A DNA stretch of 64,000 nucleotides from Bythopirellula sp. (lineage in GTDB: Bacteria; Planctomycetota; Planctomycetia; Pirellulales; Lacipirellulaceae). The stretch is taken from the NCBI GenBank assembly GCA_965216565.1, contig OZ244170.1:4672001-4736000 (forward strand). Reading direction: 5' to 3'. The notes under the pieces were generated by a model. It was not told where the DNA came from and ran no database searches. It was given only the letters and a program-made list of their open reading frames with translations. A program made the position numbers and the translations under genes. This document shows, one piece after another, positions 28,781-38,218 of this stretch (positions within the stretch are counted from its first letter, which is position 1; each line of letters begins with the position of its first letter).

Positions 28781-30775
28781 CTATCTCACTATCCTCATGT
28801 CTCCAAAATTGGGAAAGCCGGGGAGCCATTTTAGGCCGGGGATGCTTCCCCAGGAATGCGGCCAAAAAACGCACACGGCTTTGCCGGTAAGTAGTCGACG
28901 ATCTAAATACGAACCGCCGGGGTAGGTGCCGTTGCGGGGCTGTTTCCAAAGCCGGCAGTCCAAGCTTTGTGGGCTGTTGTCTCCCATCACAAAAAATTGA
29001 TCTTTATCTATGTCGAAGTTCCTTTTCTGACGCGTCAAGAATCGGGGCCACGCTTCTGGGTTCGTGAACAGTTCTCGATGACTTCTTAGCGAGGGTATGC
29101 GCTCGTCATTCTGAGTTCTGGTCGGATTGAACCAAGGTTCGTAGTCGGCAACTACATTGGACCCATCGTTTTGGTTAACTGCAATGTAATAAATATCTCG
29201 CAAAACACGGAGGTGAGAGATTTCTAGCGACGCTCCGTCAGAACCAATTCCTACAGGCCGAAGGTCACCAGGTTCGCTGTCTGTGCTGCGGGGAATAATC
29301 CGCTTTCGTTCTCCGAATATGCGAGCGACATCGTAAGTGGTATCGTCGAATTCCACCAAGTCGCCATCGATCCACAACAATAGCTGATCGTCGACGTTGG
29401 CAAAACGGACTTCATAGTTGCCCGTGCCAGTCATGGAAGTTTCAGCCTGGGGGCTGTAGTCGGCGAGTCCTTCGATGCTGAGGGTCGCTTGGCCGGTGGC
29501 AAGATCAATCGTGCAGCCGAAGTGCTTGCCGCCTTCAACTAGATCAAGCAGAAGCTCGCCGCCATTGTCTTTTACTTCCAAATCACATTCCACAGCCAGG
29601 TCACCGACCCAGTTGGCCCCTAGCTGCCGAGCAGCCAGTTGCTCTGGATATCGCCAGCCTAGGTTGAGAACCCCGTGACGGATGCTGCTGGACTCGTGAA
29701 TCCCGCCGCCTCGATTTAGGGCCGTGTTGTAGGAGTTGAAGTCCAGGACTAGCTGAGGCTTGGCGTCTTCACTCAACTGCGGTTGATCAGTATCGGGGCG
29801 ATCGCCTTCTGCCAGGATTCTGCGGGCCACTGTCCAATCGGCATCTGTAGGGACATAGTGACGGTAGTAGAGCCACTGAGTCCCCTCCCCTTTCGGAGCG
29901 TTAATGGAGAATGATTGATCCACCGTCTCCTTCCGGGGCTCGGCCGTCACCTGCCAACCGTCTTCCTCCTCTGCCGACCACCGCAACGGCCAGCCCGCGC
30001 GGTAGAGAGCACTCGATTCGAATTCGGAATTGTGCACAGGTTGCAGCATCGCGGCCACAGTTCCTGCCGGCTTACGCTGGATCTTGAATGCTTCGTTCGA
30101 TCCCAGCGGACGCGTGAAAATGTCACCTTGGAAAATCTGTAATTCTTCTTCGGGAAGTCCCACGAGGCGTTTGATATAGTTCATCTCGCCATTGCCGGGG
30201 AACTTAAAGACCACCACGTCCCAGCGCTCCGGCTCGTTGAACCCATAGCTGTATTTATTGACCAGAATTCGATCGCCCGGGTAGCTGTCGTGTTCGTCCT
30301 TGCTCAGCAATGGTTGATCGTCGGGGCCAACTGGGAGGTTGCTTTGCAGCGGCATGATTTGACGACACATCGGGCAGACGCCGCCCACCACATCTAAGGA
30401 GCGAAGATCATTCTCGGCATTTCTCTTCTGGCCGATACTTGTCCGGCGACTTCTCAACTCTCTGAGGAATCGGTTGGCTCGTTCATCCTCCTCTTCGCTG
30501 GCAGAAACGCGAAAGCGGTATCCGCACTCGCTGCAATCGACGTCCTTGTGACGTCCCTGGAGTGACGGGGACATCGAACCAGTGGGAATCACGAAGGCCT
30601 CTGCCTCGAACGTGCGGAAAAGGAACGCCAGAACAAAGGCGATGACAATCGACTCGATCGTTTCGCGTAGCGCATGCGCGGTGCCGTTCGGGGCTTCGTA
30701 TTCGGGGGCCTTGGCAGATGTGCCTGGACGCTGCCTCGATTTATTTGATTTCGATTTGTTACTCTGTTTTGCCAT
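28781..30775 (-). CDS. lepB: Signal peptidase I, long planctomycete type
   Basis: IPTGSMSP, YIKRLVG, MGDNSPQSLDCR; CxxC pairs. Confidence 0.9.
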   Translation of the reverse strand: MAKQSNKSKSNKSRQRPGTSAKAPEYEAPNGTAHALRETIESIVIAFVLAFLFRTFEAEAFVIPTGSMSPSLQGRHKDVDCSECGYRFRVSASEEEDERANRFLRELRSRRTSIGQKRNAENDLRSLDVVGGVCPMCRQIMPLQSNLPVGPDDQPLLSKDEHDSYPGDRILVNKYSYGFNEPERWDVVVFKFPGNGEMNYIKRLVGLPEEELQIFQGDIFTRPLGSNEAFKIQRKPAGTVAAMLQPVHNSEFESSALYRAGWPLRWSAEEEDGWQVTAEPRKETVDQSFSINAPKGEGTQWLYYRHYVPTDADWTVARRILAEGDRPDTDQPQLSEDAKPQLVLDFNSYNTALNRGGGIHESSSIRHGVLNLGWRYPEQLAARQLGANWVGDLAVECDLEVKDNGGELLLDLVEGGKHFGCTIDLATGQATLSIEGLADYSPQAETSMTGTGNYEVRFANVDDQLLLWIDGDLVEFDDTTYDVARIFGERKRIIPRSTDSEPGDLRPVGIGSDGASLEISHLRVLRDIYYIAVNQNDGSNVVADYEPWFNPTRTQNDERIPSLRSHRELFTNPEAWPRFLTRQKRNFDIDKDQFFVMGDNSPQSLDCRLWKQPRNGTYPGGSYLDRRLLTGKAVCVFWPHSWGSIPGLKWLPGFPNFGDMRIVR

Positions 30776-30977
30776 CAGTGTATTTCGCTTGGAAAGCAGT
30801 TTATTGCCAAATTTGCTCTAGATGTCCGTCCCGGTAGCGATCGTACAGATCAACGGAAAGGTACTTCGCCAGAGACCCGGCAATATAGTGAAAATTCGGG
30901 ATCGAGGGAAACTTGATTTTGACCGTCGGCCGTCAGCTATCAGCCTGTCTGATTCTGAGTTCTAAGAGTCGAAAGCC

Positions 30978-32222
30978 TTAATTAGCTAGCGGATAACCCA
31001 GGAAAAGCTCTTCGGCCACCGGCCCCCAGCTTCGGCTGTCGACCGAGATCGGGCTATTATCGCCGAGTAAATAGTATTGGCCGGGCTGCAATTGGGCAAC
31101 GATGTTCTCATGCACGCGGGCGAGTCCCACCGCCTGCGGGCCGTAATAAAGATCGCGATATAGGTTCAATTCGCTGACGGTAATCTGCAGGTCGACGGCT
31201 CCCAAAGCTACCGGCTGAGAGGTCCGCTGAGGAGTCACTTGAGGAATCCAGGGGACTTGCAGGAACGATATGCCATCCATGGCGAGGAGAATCTGCCCAT
31301 CGAAGTTGGATAGTTCAACGAGGACACCAACGCCGGCGAGTCGGCCTGCGATACGACTTGGAATCTGCTGCTCGACGACAACCACTCCATCTAGTTCCAA
31401 TGAGAGTCGCGAGAAACCCAGCGACCAAGCTATGCGACAACTTTGTTGCCCGGCTTCGATTTCCAACTGCAACGTTCCTTCGCCGCTGGCTTTGACTCTT
31501 GCGGAGAGCATGATATCGCGGACGAGATTTAGCTGACGGGTCAGGCCGGCATTGTAGGGGTACTCATCCGTGATGGGTTTGTCGGCTGGATGAGAGTAAC
31601 GGAGCCAGTGTGACTGGATGTGACCCCTGGTGTCGGCATCCCATCGCGAGCCTTCTTTGCGCCACTGCGTTTCAAGATCGGCTTGCCAGCGCTGGTGCTC
31701 TGCGGTTTCTTGGTGGATTCGTAGTCGCAACGCTCTTTGAAGAGGAAGAGTTTTTTTCACCGGCTGACCATCAACCCAGACATCGCCCCACTGGAGACGC
31801 AACGATTCGCCGGGCAGTCCCCAGACTCGCTTGACGCAAAGTTGAGTCGGGTCCGTAGGGTTGCGAAGCACAACCATCTCACCGCGACGTGGTTGGCGAA
31901 GATTTCCCGAGAACCGATTCACCACCAGGTTGTCACCAGCGTGAAGCGGCGATTCGGCAAGTGAAATTGATTGCTTGCCACAATGCGGGCACGGCAACTG
32001 AGCGGAATCAGTCGCAAACTCCGCCGCGAAAGTTGCTTGCTCTTCACAGTCAGGGCATTGGATCGAATAATGCTCGCCCATTAGCGCGGGCGCCATGGAA
32101 TTCCCCGTCACTTGCACAGGCAATACGAGACCTAGGACGACCCAAGTTCGCAGGATCAGCACCAGCACGATACTGCCTGCCAGCACTTGCAGAGCCGATT
32201 TGAGGGGGCGTAGTTTTTGCAT
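30978..32222 (-). CDS. Second signal peptidase I paralog
   Basis: GNSMAP, CPDC/CPHC, VKRVWG, LGDNSPISVDSRSWG; start approximate. Confidence 0.85.
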   Translation of the reverse strand: MQKLRPLKSALQVLAGSIVLVLILRTWVVLGLVLPVQVTGNSMAPALMGEHYSIQCPDCEEQATFAAEFATDSAQLPCPHCGKQSISLAESPLHAGDNLVVNRFSGNLRQPRRGEMVVLRNPTDPTQLCVKRVWGLPGESLRLQWGDVWVDGQPVKKTLPLQRALRLRIHQETAEHQRWQADLETQWRKEGSRWDADTRGHIQSHWLRYSHPADKPITDEYPYNAGLTRQLNLVRDIMLSARVKASGEGTLQLEIEAGQQSCRIAWSLGFSRLSLELDGVVVVEQQIPSRIAGRLAGVGVLVELSNFDGQILLAMDGISFLQVPWIPQVTPQRTSQPVALGAVDLQITVSELNLYRDLYYGPQAVGLARVHENIVAQLQPGQYYLLGDNSPISVDSRSWGPVAEELFLGYPLAN

Positions 32223-32490
32223 GGGTCGCGTCAGCATTCGTTGGATTCGGCCTATTCCTGACAACATTCTAGCTTACAACCGTTGCAACCGGTATCGGAC
32301 GCCCCCCTCGCCCACCAAAATGTTGCCAAAACGCAACGAGTGGTTTGCTTCTCACCACACCGCGGGCAATGGTTGTGAGGACGTAACCTACGATGGCGGC
32401 AATGCGCCGCGCGTCTTCCAAATATCCCGCCTCCCTCCCCGCCTGCGAGACTTTCCACAGGAGTGTCCTGTTAACTAGGACAACAGAGTA

Positions 32491-32793
32491 ATGAAGCGAT
32501 CCCTGGCTTTCTTAGCGTTGACCCTTATGGTGCTTGGCACCAGTGGCTGTGGCTGCTGTCGCAATATGGTGGCCAAAAAGCAAACCTGTGCCCCGCGACC
32601 TGTTTATCAGCAGTGTGCCCCGGTGTGCGCCCCACAATGTCAGACCTGTCAGCCAACCTGCGACGCCTGTGGCGACGTAGGTGGTGTGACTTACAACTAC
32701 GGTGGTGCTCCCGCGATGATGATGCCCCAATCGTTTGAGGGCGTACAAATGATGGCCCCCTCAAGCGGTGGCTGTAGCACATGTGCTCAATAG
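32491..32793 (+). CDS. Small Cys-rich putative lipoprotein
   Basis: Signal peptide with lipobox-like GTSGC; many Cys/Pro/Gln. Confidence 0.75.
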   Translation: MKRSLAFLALTLMVLGTSGCGCCRNMVAKKQTCAPRPVYQQCAPVCAPQCQTCQPTCDACGDVGGVTYNYGGAPAMMMPQSFEGVQMMAPSSGGCSTCAQ

Positions 32794-32828
32794 TCGCTAA
32801 GCACACCTAGAAGTCTTTTGACACGAAT

Positions 32829-32864
32829 AAAAAAAGCCGTGGGCACTCTGCCCACGGCTTTTTT
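32829..32864. terminator. Bidirectional rho-independent terminator
   Basis: aaaaaagccgtgggca-ctc-tgcccacggctttttt between convergent genes. Confidence 0.88.
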
Positions 32865-32883
32865 CGTTTTCATGGGTTTTCGT

Positions 32884-33957
32884 CTAGAACTCAGAATCGC
32901 TCACAGCCGGCAACTGAGACTCAGGGGTGTCGCCGCTTCCTACGAACAAGTCGGACTTGTTGCGGTTGCTTGTCATCAGTTGGGCGTAGACGATTGGACT
33001 GATTTGATCGCTGACAAAGCGAACACTTCCACCGACAAAAGCAAGATTGATACCCGCAGGGTGGAGAGCCGTCGGCATCGCATGCCTGTAATCTCCCGCG
33101 AGACAGATATCACTTACCTCGACGTAATCGTCCTCGGTCTTGTCGGCATTGATGCGAGGATTCCCATTTGTAATTGCCGTGTCAGCCGAGTCTGGGTCAT
33201 CCCAGCATACGCCGAAGTGCCACTTTTCATCGGAGTGATCCTGCACACTGCTGGAGAACGAATACTCACCGGCAGAATTTTTGTGGGCCCAAAACACTTG
33301 ATGGATGTTTTCGGCGAGCATGATTGTCGACGTACTTCCATCCCCTTTTTGTTGAATGTAGGCCATCGTCATTGAAATCGGCGAGAACGCAGCATACTCA
33401 TCGACAGGGCCTACTAGAGGCGTGCCAGTACTCGCGCGACTCGCGTCGAAGAACACACCGTTTGCGGGATTCTCGCCATCGGCGTGGTCAAAGTCTTGAC
33501 TCTTTTGCAGAAAGCCTGCGTTGGCAGCGTAGGAAAGATTCGGCTGCCCCGGGAACACAGGAGGATCGCTAGGGCACAACAGAATTTCGATTTCGGGCAA
33601 TGCGAAGGTCGCGAAGTCTACAGGCAAGCTGGAGGACCCATCAACTTGCGACCAAATGTCCCACAACGTATTTTGCTCGAGATACGGGAACGTGTAGACA
33701 ACCCAGCTAGCGCGAATTTGATCGGCGGTGCCCTTCACCCCCAGGTTGTTGATGTAGCCAGGGAAATCGCCGAGAGATGATTCTCTCTGGCTCAGTCCTT
33801 TGTGCAACTGGGTGAGATTGTTTCGACAGGTGTTAGAACGGGCCGCCTCGCGAGCGGCTTGTACCGCCGGGAGCAATAGACCGACCAATGTGCCAATGAT
33901 GGCGATCACCACCAGCAGTTCTACCAGAGTAAAACCTTGTTTAGATGTTTGCCTCAT
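32884..33957 (-). CDS. DUF1559 prepilin-type protein
   Basis: GFTLVELLVVIAIIG..LLPAVQAAREAAR, CPSD, HPAGINLAFVGGSVRF. Confidence 0.95.
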   Translation of the reverse strand: MRQTSKQGFTLVELLVVIAIIGTLVGLLLPAVQAAREAARSNTCRNNLTQLHKGLSQRESSLGDFPGYINNLGVKGTADQIRASWVVYTFPYLEQNTLWDIWSQVDGSSSLPVDFATFALPEIEILLCPSDPPVFPGQPNLSYAANAGFLQKSQDFDHADGENPANGVFFDASRASTGTPLVGPVDEYAAFSPISMTMAYIQQKGDGSTSTIMLAENIHQVFWAHKNSAGEYSFSSSVQDHSDEKWHFGVCWDDPDSADTAITNGNPRINADKTEDDYVEVSDICLAGDYRHAMPTALHPAGINLAFVGGSVRFVSDQISPIVYAQLMTSNRNKSDLFVGSGDTPESQLPAVSDSEF

Positions 33958-34371
33958 CTCTTGTTTTCTCCAATGGAAGAAATTGAGCTGCTACTAAGGT
34001 GAGCCAGCCGAGCAACTGAAGGAATTGTATGAAAGCTCTGATGTAGGGGCCAATTAAATGGCAAGCACCTTAAATTGTCGCAAATATACAGCCGTTTGTC
34101 CAGTAAATGCGGTTCTAAGACAAATGGGGTGCTACTTTCGCGGCCCAAGAGCCATTCGGCATTCTCAGCCCAAAATGCCTGACCATGCGCTCGTAGTCGA
34201 TAGGGCCGGTTGCCCATAGCAATTGGGCAGTGGTATCTTGCTAGTTACCAAATTATTCGTGGAACGCCCCCCGGGGAACGCGGCCTAGACGTTTGATGCC
34301 GCGAGACCAGAGCCACCAGCCAACGGGGCGAATTGATCCAGTAGCGGATCTCAATGAGGAGATAGCTTTCC

Positions 34372-34869
34372 ATGTCGATGTTTATTGGCGAAGCACTAAC
34401 AGGTGATGGCAATGAAATTGCACACATCGATTTACTGATCGGTTCCAAAGATGGCCCCGTCGGCCAAGCCTATGCCAACGCACTGGCACGTCAAAGCGAA
34501 GGACACAGCAATCTGCTGGCGGTACTCGCCCCTAATTTGGCTGTGAAGCCTTCGACCGTGATGGTCACCAAGGTCACAATCAAGGGCATGCGCCAGGCTG
34601 TGCAAATGTTTGGTCCTGCTCAGGCCGCAGTTGCTAAGGCGATGGCTGACTCGGTTGCTGATGGTGTAATCGACAAAAGTCAGGCTGAAGATTTGGTTTG
34701 CGTTTGCGGCGTGTTCATCCATCCGGAAGCTGCCGACGACAAAAAAATCTACGAATACAATTACGAAGCCACGAAGATGGCCGTCAAGAACGCGATGGAA
34801 GGCAAGCCATCTGTGGACGAGATGCTAGCCGGCAAAGAAGAAGCGGCTCATCCGTTCCGCGGTTTCTAG
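34372..34869 (+). CDS. fae: Formaldehyde-activating enzyme
   Basis: IGEALTGDGNEIAHIDLLIG, QMFGPAQAAVAKA, YNYEATK, HPFRGF. Confidence 0.95.
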   Translation: MSMFIGEALTGDGNEIAHIDLLIGSKDGPVGQAYANALARQSEGHSNLLAVLAPNLAVKPSTVMVTKVTIKGMRQAVQMFGPAQAAVAKAMADSVADGVIDKSQAEDLVCVCGVFIHPEAADDKKIYEYNYEATKMAVKNAMEGKPSVDEMLAGKEEAAHPFRGF

Positions 34870-34979
34870 TTGCCTGCCGGGCTGCGTCGCAACCTACTTC
34901 GATCCAGCAAGTGATCTCCCCGCCCCATTGGCGGGCTGGATCACTGTGCAGTTAGCTCCTGCGCTACGGGAAAAATGTA

Positions 34980-35852
34980 ATGAAAAAGATTCTGCTTTGC
35001 CTCGATACCGATGTGCAGCCGAGCGTCTTCGATTCGGTCGTAGCCGTTGATTCGGGCGTTGATCAACTCTTCCGACACGGAGGGGTCAAGCCAGAGGAAG
35101 TGCGCGAGTTGGTGCATGGAGCCATGTTTACCCGTGGCGGTGAGGGATTGCGCAGCACGGCAATTTTCATCGGGGGTTCGGACGTTCAAGCTGCCGAGCA
35201 GTTGATGCTCGCCGCTCAACAGTCGTTCATTGGTTCGGTACGGGTTTCTTTAATGCTCGACCCCAGTGGATCGTGTACCACGGCTGCCGCCGCCGTTGTG
35301 ACGGCCTCGCGGCATATCTCGCTCGGTCCAGAAACGATTGCCGTCGTTTTGGGCGGAACGGGGCCGGTGGGGCAACGGACTGTAAAAATGCTGGCCCAGG
35401 AGGGGGCGGAAGTGCGGGTGGTTTCGCGGAAGCTCTCGCGAGCCGAGGGTGTGTGCCATCGCGTTTCGCAGGCTATTAGCGGTGCCCGGGTGACTCCGCA
35501 TGCGGTTGAAGATTCGAACTGTGCGCATGCTATCCAAGGCGCTCAGTTGATTATCTCAGCCGGTGCCGCTGGTATCGAAATGCTTAGCGAAGAGTGCCGA
35601 AAGAACGAACCTGCGCTCCAGGTTGTCATTGATCTGAATGCGGTTCCCCCCGTCGGTATCGGAGGCATTGCCCAGCAAGCGAAAGCGACCGAGAGCTCAG
35701 GGCAAATCTGCTATGGCGCACTCGGTGTGGGTGGTTTGAAAATGAAACTACATAAGGCTGCCATTCAAAGGCTGTTCGAGTCGAATGACGCGGATCTCGA
35801 TGCAGACAATATCTACGCATTGGCAAAGTCGATGGAGCAACAGCCAAATTGA
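34980..35852 (+). CDS. mtdC: Methylene-H4MPT/H4F dehydrogenase (Mtd family)
   Basis: SVFDSVVAVDSG, GAMFTRG, DPSGSCTTAAAAV, GGTGPVG, DLNAVPP; follows fae; subfamily assignment inferred from host. Confidence 0.85.
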   Translation: MKKILLCLDTDVQPSVFDSVVAVDSGVDQLFRHGGVKPEEVRELVHGAMFTRGGEGLRSTAIFIGGSDVQAAEQLMLAAQQSFIGSVRVSLMLDPSGSCTTAAAAVVTASRHISLGPETIAVVLGGTGPVGQRTVKMLAQEGAEVRVVSRKLSRAEGVCHRVSQAISGARVTPHAVEDSNCAHAIQGAQLIISAGAAGIEMLSEECRKNEPALQVVIDLNAVPPVGIGGIAQQAKATESSGQICYGALGVGGLKMKLHKAAIQRLFESNDADLDADNIYALAKSMEQQPN

Positions 35853-35867
35853 CGAGGACTACCTCTA

Positions 35868-36431
35868 GTGGCTAAGCGAAGGAGGCGCCCCAGCGCAAAT
35901 CCGACGGTCGTGTCGGTGCGACGCGGTAAGAGCGGCAACGACTGGGTGCTGGCACACCCTAAGGCGGTGCGCGAGATGGCTGAAGATTTGGAAGAGGTCC
36001 GCCAAATGATTGCCGCGGGCGAATCGGACATTGCCATCGACGAACTGCGCTGGTTGTTGGGTACTTGTAGCGAATCGATCGAGGCCCATTTTCTCCTCGG
36101 TAAATTAGCGGTAGAGGAAGATGGCGACATCGGTCTGGGGCGCGGACACTTTGGTTTTGGTTATCAGCTGGGCATCAAAGCTCTCAAACGCGCCGGCAAG
36201 CCAAAACCACTGCCCGTATTGCATCCGGCTAACCGATATTTCTACGACGCGGGGCGTGGTTTGGCTTGGTGCTTAAACGAACTCGAAAAGCCGCACATGG
36301 CATTGGAAATCGTCGAGCAACTGCTGGAGCTCGACCCCACCGATCCCCTGGGGCTGACAGCCTGGGCAGATGAGCTTCGTTCGGGAGGAAAGCAAGTTGT
36401 CGAGCTGGGGCAGTTGTGGAAGGGCTCGTAG
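35868..36431 (+). CDS. Hypothetical protein with TPR-like helices
   Basis: 187-aa ORF 15 nt downstream of mtd; helical A/G/L pattern. Confidence 0.7.
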   Translation: MAKRRRRPSANPTVVSVRRGKSGNDWVLAHPKAVREMAEDLEEVRQMIAAGESDIAIDELRWLLGTCSESIEAHFLLGKLAVEEDGDIGLGRGHFGFGYQLGIKALKRAGKPKPLPVLHPANRYFYDAGRGLAWCLNELEKPHMALEIVEQLLELDPTDPLGLTAWADELRSGGKQVVELGQLWKGS

Positions 36432-36446
36432 GGCAGCGAGTATTTA

Positions 36447-36710
36447 GACAGGATGACAGGATTTGCTGGATGGACAGGATCAATTTCGGCGTCCATAACG
36501 AATAAACTAAGCAGGGTTGAAAACCGTAGGGTGGGTGGAGCACGCGAAGTTGTGGTGGGTTCCGTGAGCTAGTTAATTCATGATCCGAGATTGAACCTAA
36601 TACTGGTCATTAACTGAGTGCGTAACCCACCAAGACAGTTCGCTCACTCCACCCACCCTACAAATTGCATGTCTACGTAGCCTTATCCTGTCCATCCGGC
36701 TAATCCTGTC
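36447..36710. repeat. Nested inverted-repeat (GTAG-type REP doublet) element
   Basis: Outer arms gatggacaggat/atcctgtccatc; inner perfect 15-bp arms gtagggtgggtggag (36526) and ctccacccaccctac (36661). Confidence 0.8.
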
Positions 36711-36736
36711 TTCAACAAGGCTAAGCGGAGCCTCAC

Positions 36737-38083
36737 TCACGGCAGCGGTAGATCTTTCAGTTCGTAGGCGACCGGGACGCGCATGATCGACGCCGGGGTG
36801 CGATAGACCCAGGTGTATTCGCTAATATCGTCGTCGGGCAACTCGAAGAAGTAGGCCATGCCAACCTCGCGCTCACTTTCGCGGGTCGTCTCGAACCCGG
36901 CATGATCAATCTCCGTTCCGTCTTTGCCCACCATGTACGTGATGTTCTGAAAGACCCAGCCCCGCTGCGAATTCACCCCAGGATCGTTACTAAGTAATTC
37001 CAGCCGCATGTAAACTTCCCACAAGCCTTGATTCTTGCGAACACGATCGACTACGACCTTAACGCCACCCTGTTGTTGCTCGGCACCGAGTGCTTCGTCG
37101 AGATCGTCGAACTTAAAATCCACCTGCCGCCCCGGTACCAGGGCAGAGATGCTTCCTCGCAAGGAGGCAATCTTGGTTACGTTTCTCGACGGCAAAGCTA
37201 AGGGGATGATCAACTCTTCTGAATGGCTGCCAGGCTGTACTTCCCTGGTGAGAACGTTCCGGGAACTAGTTGACGGGATCGGTTGATTGTCGTCGCCTCT
37301 CACGCGCAGATCGGAAAGATCTTGCGACAAAGCAATTGGGTGTAAGCGTGGCTCCCAGGCAACCTCCAATTCCACCCGGGCACTATCGTCTGCTGGATTC
37401 TGTAGATTGCGTCGGGCAAAAATCTTTAGGGCTTCTACGCGAAACGGTCCGGAATAGCTTCCCCGTTTGTGGCGCGGCAGCATACCAGGATCGCGATTGA
37501 CGATCGCCAGATTCTCTTCGCCAGAAAGCGAATAAGGTTCGAGCTTTGCCTCGTCCAGTATTTGGTCGAGTCCAGGCCAGAAGTCTTGTTCTTCGAGTTC
37601 TAGGGTTACCCGTGTATCGGAAAACTCTTGGCCGAATTGTTCCCGTTGGTCGTTCAGGCGGTTGCCAGTTTGCGATTGGATCTGGTCGAACACCTCGGAG
37701 AGTTGCATCGCTTCGGCGGTGAGTGAGAATCTTGTGGCGGTAATAATTTTCTCTGCCAACCGAGTTTCGATCTCCATCCGAATACGTCGGAGTCGTTGCT
37801 GAACCTGCTCAGGCATCCCCGGCTTGGGCCTGGGCAGCATGTTCAAGAAGTGGTCCACCTCTGCATGGCCTGCTTCTGGGGCCATCTCCAATAGTGCCTC
37901 TTCCGCATCATCGCGCTGGGCCGTCTCTTTGGCGTTGAGCTGACGTATGAGCTGATCGATTTTCGCAGCTTCCGCATCCGAGTGCTCAGCCAGCGCAGGA
38001 TTTCCCCCGACCATGCTTGAAACTAGGGCGGCTAGTAGCCACGGCAACAGAGAGTTCCGACGGGGCAGCATGCTGAGTCTCAT
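36737..38083 (-). CDS. Secreted hypothetical protein
   Basis: Long ORF with signal peptide; start approximate. Confidence 0.75.
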   Translation of the reverse strand: MRLSMLPRRNSLLPWLLAALVSSMVGGNPALAEHSDAEAAKIDQLIRQLNAKETAQRDDAEEALLEMAPEAGHAEVDHFLNMLPRPKPGMPEQVQQRLRRIRMEIETRLAEKIITATRFSLTAEAMQLSEVFDQIQSQTGNRLNDQREQFGQEFSDTRVTLELEEQDFWPGLDQILDEAKLEPYSLSGEENLAIVNRDPGMLPRHKRGSYSGPFRVEALKIFARRNLQNPADDSARVELEVAWEPRLHPIALSQDLSDLRVRGDDNQPIPSTSSRNVLTREVQPGSHSEELIIPLALPSRNVTKIASLRGSISALVPGRQVDFKFDDLDEALGAEQQQGGVKVVVDRVRKNQGLWEVYMRLELLSNDPGVNSQRGWVFQNITYMVGKDGTEIDHAGFETTRESEREVGMAYFFELPDDDISEYTWVYRTPASIMRVPVAYELKDLPLP

Positions 38084-38218
38084 GGTAAGGGGCGGTTCTA
38101 GGTGAAACCAGAAGCGGTTCCATTGTAGCGAAGTTGATGCTTGTGACGACTGCCCGTCCAGGCCCATAAGCTAGGCTTCTAATGGGATTCTCGCCTTTAC
38201 CACTTTGGGAGACAAACG

